Both the position numbers and the translations under genes were made by a program. Below, one piece after another: positions 10,900 through 23,692 of a stretch of 64,000 bases of DNA. Within the stretch, counting starts at the first letter, position 1, and each line of letters opens with the position of its first letter. Source of the stretch: Blastocladiella emersonii ATCC 22665 (lineage: Eukaryota; Fungi; Blastocladiomycota); NCBI GenBank assembly GCA_025594325.1, contig JANHCV010000001.1, positions 5,022,001-5,086,000 of the forward strand, given 5' to 3'. Below the pieces are notes generated by a model. That model saw only the letters and a list, made by a program, of their open reading frames with translations, was not told where the DNA came from and did no database searches.

Positions 10900-12729
10900 T
10901 CAGCGGGCCGTGACAATGTCGTCGATCTTGAGGACCATCCGGACCGTCTCGGCGGCGAGCTCGATGGCCGAGGTGCAGACGAGGAGGGGCTGGATGACGT
11001 GCTCGTCGAGGATGTTGGTGATGGTGCCCTTGCGCACGTTGATGCCGGCCGTCTTCTCGCCGAGCGCGTGGCGGTTGCGCAGCTCCGTGACGATCGAGAT
11101 CGGGTTGAGCCCGGCGTTCTCGGCGAGCGTGGTCGGGATCACCTCGAGCGCCTCGGCAAACGCCTGGAAGCAGTACTGGTGCATGCCCGTGAGCGTCTTG
11201 GCGTACTTGGACAGCTGGTGCGACACCTCCATCTCGGGCGCGCCGCCGCCGGCAATCAGCGCGCGCTTCTTGACCAGGCACCGGATCACGCACAGCGCGT
11301 CGTGCAGGGACCGCTCCGCCTCCTCGAGGACGAGGCCGTTGGCGCCGCGGCAGATCACCGAAACGGTCTTGGTGGGCACCTTGGCGCCGGCAAACTTGAC
11401 GTAGCGCGAACCCGCCGACTGCACCTCCTCGACGAGGTCCGCGTACCCGAGCTTGTCCTCGGTGAATGAGTCAATGTCGGCGATCGGGCGGCACCCCGTC
11501 GACTTGCAGATGAACTCGACTTCGTCGCGCTCAATGTCCTTGATGACCATGATCTTGAGCTTGGCGAGGAAGTGCAGCGACAGCTCGTTGACCGCGTCGC
11601 GCAGGATCGACTTCTGGATCAGGATCACGTTGGCGCCCGCCTTCTTGATCTTCTTGCACATGTTGAGCAGGTACTGGCGCTCCTCCTTGAGGATCTTGTC
11701 CATTTGGCGGTAGTCGTTGACGACAATCTGGTTCTCCATGTCGGGCTTGGGCGGCGACAGCTGGAACTGGACCAGCGCGATCTTGGCCTTCTCGATGCGC
11801 GACGGGCCGCCGGCCGACTTGATCACGTTCTGGGTCAGGACGAGCCCGTCCATCATCTCCGTGTCGTCGATGGTGCCGCCCACCTTCTTGATGAGGCGCA
11901 CGTCGCGCAGGTCGACGTTGGTGGCCGTGGCCGGGTCAATGACGCGCAGCACCGCGTCGACGGCGATCGGGGACAGCAGCGACGAGTACTGCGACACGAC
12001 CTTGGAGTTGAGCGACGTGGACGCGGCGCGCAGCAGGGACTCGCGGTCGGCCAGGTCGACGGGCGTCGCCATGGCGGTCAGGATCTCGACCGCCTTGCCG
12101 GCGGCGGCCTGGAACGACTCGGCGATCACGGTCGGGTGGATGCCCTTAGACAGCATCTTCTCGGCCGCGTTGAGCAGCGAGCCGCCGAGCACGACCACCG
12201 ACGTGGTGCCGTCGCCGGCCTCGACGTCCTGAGCAGCCGACAGGTCGACGAGCTACGCGATCGGTGGCAGGAGGTTAGCGGGACTCGTGGGTCGCTGCTT
12301 ACAAGAATCGCGTACCATGCGACCAGCGGGGTGCATGACGCTCATGTGCTTGAGGATGGTGGCGCCGTCGTTGGTGACGATCACCTCGCCGGTGCCGGTC
12401 TGGATCTGTTTTCGGTGGAGAACGCGTCGTCGTGGTCGTCAGCGGTCCGGTTCTGCGGAAAGGCGCAGAGTTGCACGGCAGACGCGCACCATCTTGTCCA
12501 TGCCGCGGGGGCCGAGACTGGTGCGGACCGCGTCCGAGACGGCTACACACGTTACGCGGACGAGAATCAGTCTCCGTGTCCCGGGCACGCGACAGCGACG
12601 CGAAGCAGACGCACCCTTGGCGGCCACAATGTTGGACTTGCGGACCTCCTCGGGCTTGGTCTTGTCCTTGAAGGTTCCGCCCTGGTTGCCGCCCGAGGAC
12701 GGCGCAGAGGGTGCGGCGGCGGCAGACAT
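10900..12729 (-). CDS. CCT4: T-complex protein 1 subunit delta (chaperonin CCT4)
   Basis: [70 protein letters not shown]; introns in the 5' part. Confidence 0.95.
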
Positions 12730-13189
12730 GGTTGGGTGCTGGGTGATGGGTTTCCTGGGTGATCCGCTTTCGTGAAGCGTGTGCGCGCGGCCGTTGATCC
12801 GTTGCAGCGAGTGGTGGGGGAGATCCGTTCGAGGGATGCTTCCTTGCCGAGGTCGGTCTCGAGGCAGCGCAGGAGCGTGAGACTATGGGGGCGACGCGAG
12901 GGGGTCGCCGGTGGCCGTGGAGGTGGGCGTTCGCTGCCGCCGTGTTTCTCACACGCGCCGCCAGGGGGGCGCGCCCTGAAGGTCTTCCTTGCCGATCAGT
13001 CCCCTTCGCGACGGGCGTGGCAGCCGCCCAACGTGAGCAGCCCACCCCGACGCGCGTGGCAGGCGGTGCCGGTGACCTCAGCCCCGCCCGGACGTCAGCA
13101 CGCGCCGCTCACCGACCGACCGCGTTCGCTCGGCCAGCCATCGCGTCGCCGCTCGCGCTCCCTGCAACGCATCGACCACCACCGTCACC

Positions 13190-14475
13190 ATGTCCAGTGC
13201 TATGCAGATCGACCTCAACCCGCGCGGCTACCTGCGCTCCGCGCGGGCCGCCGCCCAGGCCGCCGGCGCCGCCGACGTCGTGGCCGCCCTCAACGTCTTT
13301 GAGGACCTCTACGACCGCAAGTGCGTGGCACTGTGGGACACACCGGTTGCACCAACCTGACCACGCAAACGCTCCTGCGTAGGCTCTGGCACCAGCTGTC
13401 GACCGAGATCGACCGGTTCCTGACGCTGCCTGCGGCGGGCACCTACCTCGTGGACCTGTACGAGCAGTTTGTGCGCGACTTCGAGTCCAAGCTCAACAAG
13501 TTGTCGCTGGTTGCGGGCATCGGCGAGGCCGTGGCGCGCCACCTGCCCGACCACCCGGCGCGCATCGAGTTCCTGACTTCGCTCGCCGAGCGCGTGGCCC
13601 CCGCGCCGCCGAAAAAGGACGAGGAGCACCTGCACACGGTCGACGTCGAGGCCGTGTCGGCGCACCTCCTCGCCTCGACCCACGCCGCCTACTACCAGCT
13701 GCTCGCCGCCCAGTACGACGCGGTCGCCGCCCACATTGCCGCGTCCGAGAAGGTGCTCGACGCCATGGACGGCGTCGACACGCGTGTCTCGTCCGCCTTC
13801 TACCGCGTCGCCGCCGACTACTACAAGGCCAAGTCGGCGTTCGCCAAGTTCTACAAGACGTCGCTGCTGTACCTCGGGTGCGTCGGCGATGTCGCCGAGC
13901 TGCCCGTCGCCGAGGCGACGGACCGCGCCTACGAGCTCGGCATCGCCGCGCTGCTGTCGGACGAGATCTACAACTTTGGCGAGCTGCTCATGCACCCGAT
14001 CCTCGACAAGCTCGACGGCACGCCGCGCGCGTGGCTCAAGTCGCTGCTGTTCGCCTTCAACGCCGGCGACATTGCCGCGTTCGAGAAGATGGCGTCGGCG
14101 CTCACCGCCGAGCCCCTGCTCGTCCAGAACATGACGCTGCTGCGGCAAAAGATCTGCCTCATGGCCCTCATCGACTTTGTCTTCAAGCGCAAGCCCAGCG
14201 ACCGCGTCGTCCCCTTTGCCGCCGTCGCCCAGCACACGCGTCTGCCGATCGGCGAGGTCGAGCACCTCCTCATGAAGGCCCTCGCCCTCAACCTCATCAA
14301 GGGGTCCATGGACCAGGTCGACGCCACCGTCACCGTCACCTGGGTCGCGCCCCGCGTCCTCGACCGCTCCCAGATCCTCGTCATGGCCGACCTCCTCGCC
14401 GGATGGACCGCGCGCGTCCAGGACGTGGCCAAGGAGCTCGAGGCCAACGGCGCCGAGCTCTTCACGTCCGCTTAA
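13190..14475 (+). CDS. RPN9: 26S proteasome lid subunit Rpn9/PSMD13 (PCI domain)
   Basis: FEDLYDRKLWHQL across intron 13321-13383; IYNFGELLMHPIL, KICLMAL, VEHLLMKAL..LIKGSMDQV, TWVAPRVL. Confidence 0.93.
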
Positions 14476-14523
14476 TCGCGTTCGTTGCGACCGATGAGAG
14501 AGCGAGAGAGAATACATGGTGGT

Positions 14524-16905
14524 TTACATTCCGAAAAACTTGCGATCCCCATCCGCCCGCTTCTTGCGCGCCACCACCTCTTCGACGATTTTACTCTTGA
14601 CCTTGCCGTACGCGCGCGCCCGCAGGTACCCGCGCACGAGCGCGTCGGTCCGCGGCCGCATGTTCGCGACCGTCTGCATCGCCGCCAGCGTCGCGTCGCT
14701 CGCCGCCTTGAGGAACGCCGCGTTCGGGAACTCGACTACCTCCGTGTCCGCCTCGTCCGCGATGTACGTCGCCTGCGCCGCGAAGACCGCGTACGCGTCG
14801 ACGACGTGCCGCGACGCATCGCCCGTGGTGGCAGTGGTGGCCGTGGAACGGGGGGAGGCGGTGGTGTTGGGCGTGATATGGATCGACTGCTCCTCGAAGA
14901 AATCGCCCGCCTTGAGCACCCCGACGACCAAGAACCGCCCATCAACGCGATCCCCGCGCCGCTCGTCGTACGCGGCCGCGTTCGCGGGGATTCGGTGCCA
15001 CACCATAAACCGCGGGGTCGCCACGGCGTCGCGGTGCCGATGGTCCGCGACTTCAGAGTCCGGCGCCGCGTACACCCCGTCGAGCGGCGTGGTCGCCGGG
15101 ATCGTGTCGATGCGCTGGCGCCAGAACTCGACCCACCGCACCACGCGCACGGTGCCGCGCCGCACAAAGTACACGGCGCGCAGCGACTGGCCCTGGTGCA
15201 CGACGACATCGTCGCGGTTCAGCTCGCGCACGATCCCGACCCCGGCAAGCGCCGCGCGCTCCGCGTCTGTCATGGCGCGCCCGACGGGCGTGGTGGGGGC
15301 GAGGAAGGCCAAGTGCAGCGCGGCTTCCGCGGTGCGGTCGGCGGCCAGGATCCGGTCGATTTCCGGTTTATCGATGCGCAGCAGCTCGCACTGCGACGTC
15401 GTCACGACCGACGCCGTGCGCGGCGTGTCGTGGAACACGGCCAGGTCGCCGAACATGTCCCCCGCGGCGAGCGGGCGCAGCACGCGGCGTAGCACGCGGC
15501 CGTCGTCGAGCGTCTCGGTCTTGTACGCCTCGCACGTCCCGCTCACGATCAGGTAGATGGACACGGCGCGGTGGCCCTCGCGCAGCACGACGCGCCGCGC
15601 GTGCACGGTGCCCAGGTCCACGGCGCCCGCGATGTCGCGGACCACGCGCCGCGAGAAGCGTTTGAGCCCGACGTAGTGACGCAGGTACGTCGCGATCAGG
15701 TGCACGTCCGCGTCGGTCCGTGGGACCGCGCGCAGCGCGCGGCGGACGGCGGGGGACAGGGCGAACATGGCGCGCGACGCCGCAAAGTCGCTCAGCACGA
15801 GGCTCAGCGACGCGCCGAACCCGGACCCGCCGCCACTTCCCGCCGCCTGCCCCTTCGCGGGCGTAGCAAACGGCGCGTGCCCCTTGCGACCCGTCGTCGG
15901 CCCGTGGTGGTGGTAGTGCATATCGCGGTGCGTCCCGTCGAGGTCGCGCATCACGACCACAGGCCCCGCCCCCGCGGCCGCCGTCGTGGGCCCGACCACG
16001 GTCGTCGCGTCGGCGCGCTCGTACAGGGCAAACACGCGGAACACGATGCCCAGCAGCCGCACGCACTTGCGCCACCGCACCAGGTTGCGCTGCGCGCGCT
16101 CCGACTGCCCCGGCGTGTTGGTGTTCGGGTTCGCGAGCGGGCCCGCGCGGAGGGCGAGGACGGGGACGACCAGGCAGCTCGCGCTGCTGCCGGTGCTGCT
16201 CGCGTTGCTGGTCGAGCGGCCGAGTGGGACGGGGTCGGGGGTCAGCGAGGACATGGAGGAGAGGGACGAGGAGGCCGAGGCCGCGGTCCACGACACACCC
16301 GGCTTGAGCCGCCCGCTGCCCGTCCACCCGCCCGCGGGACGCACGGGCGTGGTGCGGCCGTGGCTGCTCGCGTTGAGCGAGTTGGTGGAGCTACCGTCTG
16401 CCGGGGAGTGGATCGCGACGGACGGGAGCTCGGCGACGGGGACCGTGCTCGTATCCACCTCCTCTTCTTCCACCTTGGCGCTGGAAGCGACCGAGGACGC
16501 AGACCCAGTCGGCGGCGCGACGGCGAGCGGGAGCTTGAGAAACCCCGACCCGCCCGTGCTCCCCGCAAAGCTGCCGCGGCGGATCGTGCGCGGGCTGCCG
16601 AGCGACGCGTTGGGCGCGCTCAGGCTCAGCGCCGTCTGGATATCGGCCGTCAGCACGCTCGCGGTCACGGTGGCTCGGCGCGCCGTTAGTCCGCGGGGTG
16701 GCGGGGCAGCGGCAGCAGCCGGGGAGATGATCATGGGCGGCGGAGGGCCACCGACATCGAGGGCGAGCGGACGGGTTGGGGAGATCGAGATGCTCTTGCG
16801 GCGCTGCGGCGACCCGCCGCCGCCCGCAAACAGCGCCGAGGCGCGCAGGGGCGGCGGCGAGCCCGGGTTCACGTCGTTGAGGCCGAGCGAGGTGAGGCGG
16901 TCCAT
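14524..16905 (-). CDS. Tandem cyclic-nucleotide-binding domain protein (CNBD1/2-like), no kinase or channel domain
   Basis: GDMFGDLAVFHDTPRTASV phosphate-binding cassette; second, degenerate CNB (VVHQGQSLRAVYFVRRGTVRV...GDFFEE). Confidence 0.8.
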   Translation of the reverse strand: MDRLTSLGLNDVNPGSPPPLRASALFAGGGGSPQRRKSISISPTRPLALDVGGPPPPMIISPAAAAAPPPRGLTARRATVTASVLTADIQTALSLSAPNASLGSPRTIRRGSFAGSTGGSGFLKLPLAVAPPTGSASSVASSAKVEEEEVDTSTVPVAELPSVAIHSPADGSSTNSLNASSHGRTTPVRPAGGWTGSGRLKPGVSWTAASASSSLSSMSSLTPDPVPLGRSTSNASSTGSSASCLVVPVLALRAGPLANPNTNTPGQSERAQRNLVRWRKCVRLLGIVFRVFALYERADATTVVGPTTAAAGAGPVVVMRDLDGTHRDMHYHHHGPTTGRKGHAPFATPAKGQAAGSGGGSGFGASLSLVLSDFAASRAMFALSPAVRRALRAVPRTDADVHLIATYLRHYVGLKRFSRRVVRDIAGAVDLGTVHARRVVLREGHRAVSIYLIVSGTCEAYKTETLDDGRVLRRVLRPLAAGDMFGDLAVFHDTPRTASVVTTSQCELLRIDKPEIDRILAADRTAEAALHLAFLAPTTPVGRAMTDAERAALAGVGIVRELNRDDVVVHQGQSLRAVYFVRRGTVRVVRWVEFWRQRIDTIPATTPLDGVYAAPDSEVADHRHRDAVATPRFMVWHRIPANAAAYDERRGDRVDGRFLVVGVLKAGDFFEEQSIHITPNTTASPRSTATTATTGDASRHVVDAYAVFAAQATYIADEADTEVVEFPNAAFLKAASDATLAAMQTVANMRPRTDALVRGYLRARAYGKVKSKIVEEVVARKKRADGDRKFFGM

Positions 16906-17650
16906 TTGCTACATCGCTGCTGTTTGGTTTCGATGAAGGTGCTTGGGAGCAGGTCTCGAGAGGTGCGTGCGGTGCGAGACAGCGGCCGAGGAAACGCGAG
17001 ACGCGTCGCGTAAAGGGGTGCGTCTCACGTGGAACGCGTGTTTGATTTTCGCCGGGCGAGCGCGAGTGGCGAGAGGTCGGCGAACGTGCGCGTGCCCGCC
17101 CGTCGCCGTCGCTGCTGCCCCACCCGCACCGCGCCGCCCATCCTCCCGCCTCCCGCCCGCTGCCCCGCCTGCCCTCCGTGCCCCCCACCTCGATCGCAGC
17201 GGGACTTGCTGCAACGGCCCTCCGCCCGCCCGCCCTGCACCCCTCCGCCCCCTGGACCGGATCGGACGGACCGGACCCCGCCCGACCAGACACGTCCCTC
17301 CCTCCCCGCTGCTCGGCCTTGGCCTCGGCTCGCACGGCTCTTCTGCTTCGCTGTCCGCCATCTGCCTACCGGCCGACCATCACTCGTGCGCGCGGCGAGC
17401 ACTGGTCTTGTCCCCGACGTCTCGCTCGGCGACTCGACCGCTCCTCTCCGCGACGACTTTTGCGGCTGGTCCTGCACCCCACCACCCCCTCCAAGGTACG
17501 CCGACTCGGGTCGTCCCGGCATAGCCGCCGCACCGTCCTGATCCTGGTCTGATCGCTGATCTGTCGCGTTTAGCTCCGCCCGCCCCTCACCGTCTCTCCC
17601 CCTTCCGCTGACGTGAGGCCCTCGGAGCTCCGCCCACCCCATTCGCGACC

Positions 17651-20600
17651 ATGCTGGGCTTCCGGCTCGCGTCGCCCGACGACGGGTCGCCGCAGTACCA
17701 GCAGCAACACGCCGCGCCGGCCGCGCCCAACGACTCCGTCTCGCCCGGCCCCGCCGTATCGGATCTCGCGCCTGGCGGCGGCGGCGGCCAGTATCAGCAG
17801 CAGCAGTACCCGTTCCCGAGCTACTATGGCGGTGATGGGCAGCAGCAGCAGCAGCAGCAGTCGTTCCAGCAACAGCAGCAGCCCGCCTACGTCGCTCGTC
17901 CCGGTCCCGGGTCCCTTCGCAAAATCGCGTCGCTGCCCGCCCTCGACATGACCGTCGGCGGCTCGCTCGCCGCTGCTCGGTCCGTGCCGAGCCCGCTCGG
18001 GTCTCCGCCGGCGACGGCCACCGCCACGGGCCGGTTCCGCTCGTTCCACCCGCAGCAGCAGCAGCAGCAGTCACCGCCGCAGCAGCAGCAGGACCAGCTT
18101 CTCGGGTCCTCCTCGGCCGCCGACCACCTCGACGCGACCGAGGCCTCGCTTGCGAACATGGCCGCGCGCCTGACGCTTGACGAGGACGAAGAGGTCGCTG
18201 CCGCCACAACGGCGGCTGGCCAGCAGCGTGCCGACGGTAACGACTCGGGCCTGCTCTTCTCCGACGGTCTCGGCACCGCCCGCGCGACCTCGGCCCTCCA
18301 GTCCGTGATCCTCAACTGGCAAGACATGCCCAACGACAGCTTGCACCAGCAACAGCAGCACTCGGACCAGCAGCAGCAAGACCAGCAGCAGCAGCAGTAC
18401 TATCCCTCGTCCTCTTCCTCCTCGTCCTCCACGGCGCGCCATGCGTCGTCGTCCTCCACTTCCTCGTCGTCTCAGCATACCCCACTCCCCTCGCCGCCCT
18501 CGTCGGCCTCGGTCACCACCCCGCCGACCTCGGCGCTCGGTCTCGGCCGCCTGCCCTCCTCGATCCTGGACCCGGCCGCAGGCTTCGACTTCCAGCGCTC
18601 GCACCACCACCAGCAGCTCCAGCAGCAGCAGCACCAGTCCCGGCTGCACCGCGCCTCGACTACGCTCTCGGCCGCCAAGCAGCTCCCCAACCCGTTCAAG
18701 CCGTCGGCCGCCGGCTCCGCCGACCTCCACCATACCACGTCGCTGCCCTCGTTGCGCCGGCACTTTAACCCCACCTCCTCTACCTCCACCACCAGCAACA
18801 ACAACCCGTCTTTGGGTGGCACCGGCAGCGGCCCGCGCGCCGCCTTTGCCGCGTCCGCGACCACCGTGGCCCCCGCCCACTTCTACCCGCCCCACCAGTT
18901 CACGTCCTCGACCGCCGCCGAGCCCGAGCCGATCCTGACCGCCGACGACGCGCACGCCATGGAGTCGAGCGTCGCCGCCCTCCCCGCGTCCTCGCTCCGC
19001 CCGCTCCCGCCCCACGGCCACGGCCCGCGCCCGACGTCCATGATCTTCCTCCCGCCCAGTATCGGCGGCGAGCATGACGACCGCGAGAGCGCCGGCAGCG
19101 GCAGCAACTTCCAGCAGTTCCACCCGCCGCAGCCCTCGCAGCACCACCAGCCGCAGCAGCAGCACCATCACCCGCAGCTCGGCCGGTCCCGCTCGACGCC
19201 GTTCCTCGGCCGCTACGCCCCGCCCATGTCGCCCAGCAGCGGGTCCGCTGCCGCTACGGGTCCGGGGCTCTTTGCTTCGCCCCCGGGCGGCGCGTCTATC
19301 AGCAACATGGGATCGCCCGCCGGGTCCGGCAGCGGTCTCCGCCACTCGATGACCATGGACGACGATTTCATGTACCAGCAGCACGCGCACGCGCACCAGT
19401 TCGAGCAGCAGCAGCAGCAGCAACACCAGGGGTACCACCCGCAGCAGCAGCAGCAGCACGGCGGCCACCACCAGTTCCGCGGCGGTCCTCACGCCACCCC
19501 GCCCGCGTCGCAGTCGCACTCGCAGGCCTCGTCCCCGCCGCTCGTGCCCACGGGCCAGGGCTGGGGCCAGTACCCGGGCGATGGTGCCGATGCGTTCGGG
19601 CATCCCGACGATGTTCATTTCGGCGCCGACTACCAGAAGCAGCAGCACGACCTCGCGTACTACGACGACGGCAGCGACCTCGCGCTCCCGCCGACCCCGC
19701 CGGGCTCGTCGGCGCGGTACTCGCCGCGCAACGGGCCGCGCGAGATCGACATGGGTCCCGACGCCGGCGGTAACGAGTTCGGCGCCGCCGGTGCCGCGTA
19801 CTACGGGTACCACCACGACGGCGGTAGTGGCGCACTCCCGCCCCAGTCGCCGCACCACCCGCTCGAGTATAACCCATACCATCCTCATCAGCACCAGCTG
19901 CCGCCCTCGGCGCATCACCACCAGCAGTACGCGCACCCGCCCCCGCTCTCGCCGCCCGCGCACCAGCAGCAGCACCACCACGGGTACCACCCGCAGCAGC
20001 AGCACCAGTCGCGGTCGCATCAGCACCAGCAGTACCAGCAGTACCAGGACGGGTGCCCCGCAGCCCCGCAGCGGTACCACCACCACCAGCAGCACCAGCA
20101 GCAGTACGCGCCGCCGCCGCCTGGCGTGCCGTATCCGGGCGCCCCGTCGCCCTCGCGCGGTGGCTACGCCGCCGACCCCGGTTTCTCGCACGCGCACCAG
20201 ACCAGCTCGCTCGGCCGCGCCGCTGGCGCCCGGCTGGCCCACGCCGCCGTCCTCGCCAACAGCAATCGCCCGCGGTCCTTCTCGGCGTCCGCGTCGCCCG
20301 TTCCGCCGTCGCCGCCGTCCCGTCCCCCGATCCCGAGCTACGTGCCCTTCTACCCGCAGTCCCAGCGTCAGCAGCAGCAGGCGCAGGCGCAGGCGGCCCA
20401 GCAGGCGGCCCAGCAGTTTGACGCCAACGCCGAGCAGCAGCTCCCCGCCATCTCGCGCGGCGGATCGCCCGTCGGCTCGCGGCCCGGCTCGAGCCGCGGC
20501 GGCGCCCTGGTCCCGACCAGCAAGCCCAAGCCCAGCGGGCACGCGCGCACGTCGAGTCTCGGCGGCGCGAACCGCGTGCTCGTCCTCGCCAACCTGCCGC

Positions 20601-23600
20601 CGCCCGGCACCGTTGTGCAGGCGCTCGGCTCGCCGACGACTCCAACGACGCCCAAGGCGCCCGCGCTGATGACCGTGGCGGCGTCGACCTCGCCCGTGAC
20701 GTTTGTCCCGAGCCAGTCCCCGATCGCCGCGTCGCTCGTGCCGTCGCTCCAGGCGCTCGGCGGGTGGGCCGCGACGCGCATCCACCACCACGCGCTCAAG
20801 CTCGTCACCTCGCACGCCGGCACCTCGGCGTTCCCGTCGTACCTCTCGATCCTCGGCGGCGACAACGTCGAGTTCCAGTTCGGGTTCCCGCCCGCGCCCG
20901 GGTCCGCCGCCGCGCTCTCGGCCATGTCCGGGCCCGGTGGGATGGGGCTCGGGTCGGGCTCGCTTGGTAAGAGTGCCGGTGCCGCAGCCGCCGCGGCGCT
21001 TGCCGCGCAGCAGCAGCTCCAGCTCCAGGCCCAGCAGCAGCAGCAGCACCACCCCAACACGGTCGCGTTCGTCCTCGTCGAGCAGGTCGCGCTCGGCGCG
21101 CGCGCGGTCGAGCTGCATGTCCCGACGTGCACCAGGTGCGTTCGCTTTTGGGATTGTTCCGCTCTCGTGAGCCTCGATCTAACCCACCATGATTCCATAG
21201 CGCCCCGAACCACCTCCTGTCGTGGACCACCGTGTACGCGGCCAACAGCTTTGGCATCTACCGGCTGACGCCGCTGCAGGCGCACGTGCTCCCGCTGTTT
21301 GTCCGCCCGCTCGTGCAGTACTCGGAGCGCATCATCAACAAGGAGAAGATGCCGCACCTCGTGCTCGCCGTTGGCGAGGGCGGCGCCGGCAAGACGTGGT
21401 CGTACCTCCTCGGGTGCATCGACTACATTGTCCGCGGAAGCCACTTCCAGCGGGGCGGGCAGCAGCAGAACCAGAACCAGCAGCAGGGTAATGGACAGCA
21501 GCAGGGTCAGGGCGACGGACGTACGTCTTCGTGGGGTTTTGAGCGGGGATTGGCGATTGGCTAACGATCGTACCGTGTACCCTATAGGTGGTCGCAACAA
21601 CGGGAACAACAACGCCGGCGGCGCGGGCCCCAAGGCCGTCATCCTGCTCCCGACCAAGGAGGCCGTTGTCAAGATGCGCAACCTGCTCGCCGAGCTCGCC
21701 ACGGCCATCACCAACTCGTGGATGAAGAGCCAGGACATTGCCTGCACCACGTCGCCCGGTGGCGGGAGCCCCGTCGTCAACCCTGGGTCGCGCCAGCAGC
21801 AGCAACCGCAGCAGCCGCAGCAGGCGGGGCAGCCGCCGCAGCAGGGCCAGCAGGCCGGCGGCGCGTCCGCGGCCAAGCCGCACCGGCTCGTGTCGTACAT
21901 TGCGATCCTCGGCAACATCCTCAAGACGCGTCTCGTCAAGCAGCTCAACGACCACGACATCATCGTGTCGACGCCCAACAGCCTGCGGCAGGTGGTCGAG
22001 GCCAACCGGCTGCGCCTCGACAACATCAAGTACTTTGTCCTCGACGAGATCACGCGCGTGCACGAGGCGCCCAGCCTGCACCAGCTCGCCGACGATGTCG
22101 CCGCCGTCGTCGCGCGCCTCCCCGTCTCGACCAAGCAGCACCCGATCAAGCTCGTCCTCTTCTCGCGCCACTGGAACAACAACGTCCAGTTCCTCACCGA
22201 GCGCATCGCCGGCGTCTTCCGCGTCGTCCCGCCCACGATGCCCGCGAACAGCAGCAACGGCGCGCAGCAGCACCAGCAGCAGGCCGCCGCGCACGCCGAT
22301 GGGACGCCCGCGGGCACCCGCGCGTCGTCGCCTGTCCTCCCGACGGGGCCCGCGGTGCCGGCGACCACGACGTGCGAGTCGTACCTCAAAATCGTCGTGT
22401 GCCCCAAGGCGTTCCCCAACACGCTGTTCCCGCGGCCGTGCCTCGTCCCGTTCGCGCGCCACGTGTTCCGGTGCCTCGCGCACATCCCGCACCACTTCAT
22501 CCGGTGCCCGCGCGGCCAGCCCGGCGCCAAGCTCGACACGCTCCTCGATGTGCTCATGGGCGAGTTCCCGATGCATGACCCCGCGCTCGTCGACTCGGTC
22601 CACGGCGCGCCCGTCCCGCCGCAGTACGCGCACCAGCTCGTTGCGCAGCAGCAGCCGGCCATGGGCCGGTACGGGCACCACCACCACCACCACCATCGTG
22701 CCGCGAGTGTCGGGATCCAGTCGTCGGCGCGCGGCGGTGGTGGGTACCACCACCAGCAGCAGCAGCTCCCGCCGCTCGGGCCCGGGTTCATTGTCCTCGT
22801 CAACTCGCGGCACGAGGCCATTGAGCTCCACTCGGCGCTCATCCACTCGCCCATCGCGCGCGCCGTGCACCTGGTCCTCCCCGAGACGCTCGAGTCGACG
22901 CTGGCCGCCGTGCGCAACGGCGCCTTTGCCGACCTGCACGCGCACCACCAGTACCAGCACCAGCAGCAGCAGTACCCGACGTACGTGCCGCAGCAGCAGG
23001 CTGGGTTCGGCGTGCCGTGGCAGCAGCAGGCGCTCCAGGCTAGCGGGATCCGGATCCCGCCGCCGCTCCAGCAGCAGCCGGGTGTCCCCGTTGCGTCGCC
23101 CAGCTCGTCGGCCTCGTCGCCGCTCCTCGGCCACTCCGCGTCGGGCGCCACGTCGCCAACGCCCGCGGCGGTCCCGCCCGCGCTCGTCCTCATCACGGTG
23201 CGGCCCGACCCGCAGGCGGCCGGCGCCGACGCGTGGATGCCGGACCTCAAGGCCGTCGCGCACGAGCTCAGCTACACGATCGTCAACTACACGTGCCCCG
23301 CGGCCGTCGACGACTACTACCTGTCGCTGCTCACCTACGTCACGCCCAACGTCGCCACGGGCGTCGACGTGTCTCTCAAGGTCGCGCTGTCGCCCAACAA
23401 GGTGCCGCTTCGCATGCTCCCCGTCGCCCTCGTCACGCTGTTCGCGGGCGAGCTGCCCGCGCCTGCGGGGTCTGCTGCGGCGGAGCCTGCCGCAGTCGAT
23501 GAGAGCGGCGAGGACGCCGAAGACGCGGCGGCACCTGGCGGTGACGCGACGACGTCTGCGTCTGCGTCCGCGTCCCCGACGGCGCCTGTTGCCGCGGGCC

Positions 23601-23692
23601 CCATGGCCGTCAGCGAGTACATGCCGACGACCGAGGCGGACCGCGTCGCCGTGTACCGCAACGTGGCCAAGGTCATCACCGAGTCGCGGTGA
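17651..23692 (+). CDS. Q/H/P-rich N-terminus, RRM-like segment and degenerate DEAD-box helicase-like protein
   Basis: Introns 21136-21200 and 21521-21587 join three ORFs. Motifs: Q (FGIYRLTPLQ), I (GEGGAGKT), Ia (LLPTKEA), Ib (STPNSL), II (DEIT), III (FSRH); motif VI absent. Confidence 0.75.

Noticed and set aside
18071-23263. Very long antisense or alternate-frame ORFs (e.g. 18071-21118, 20368-23250, 21335-23263; also 52063-54180, 57432-59192, 61442-62890)
   Set aside because: Shadows of GC3-biased real genes; R/A/G/P-rich with no motifs.
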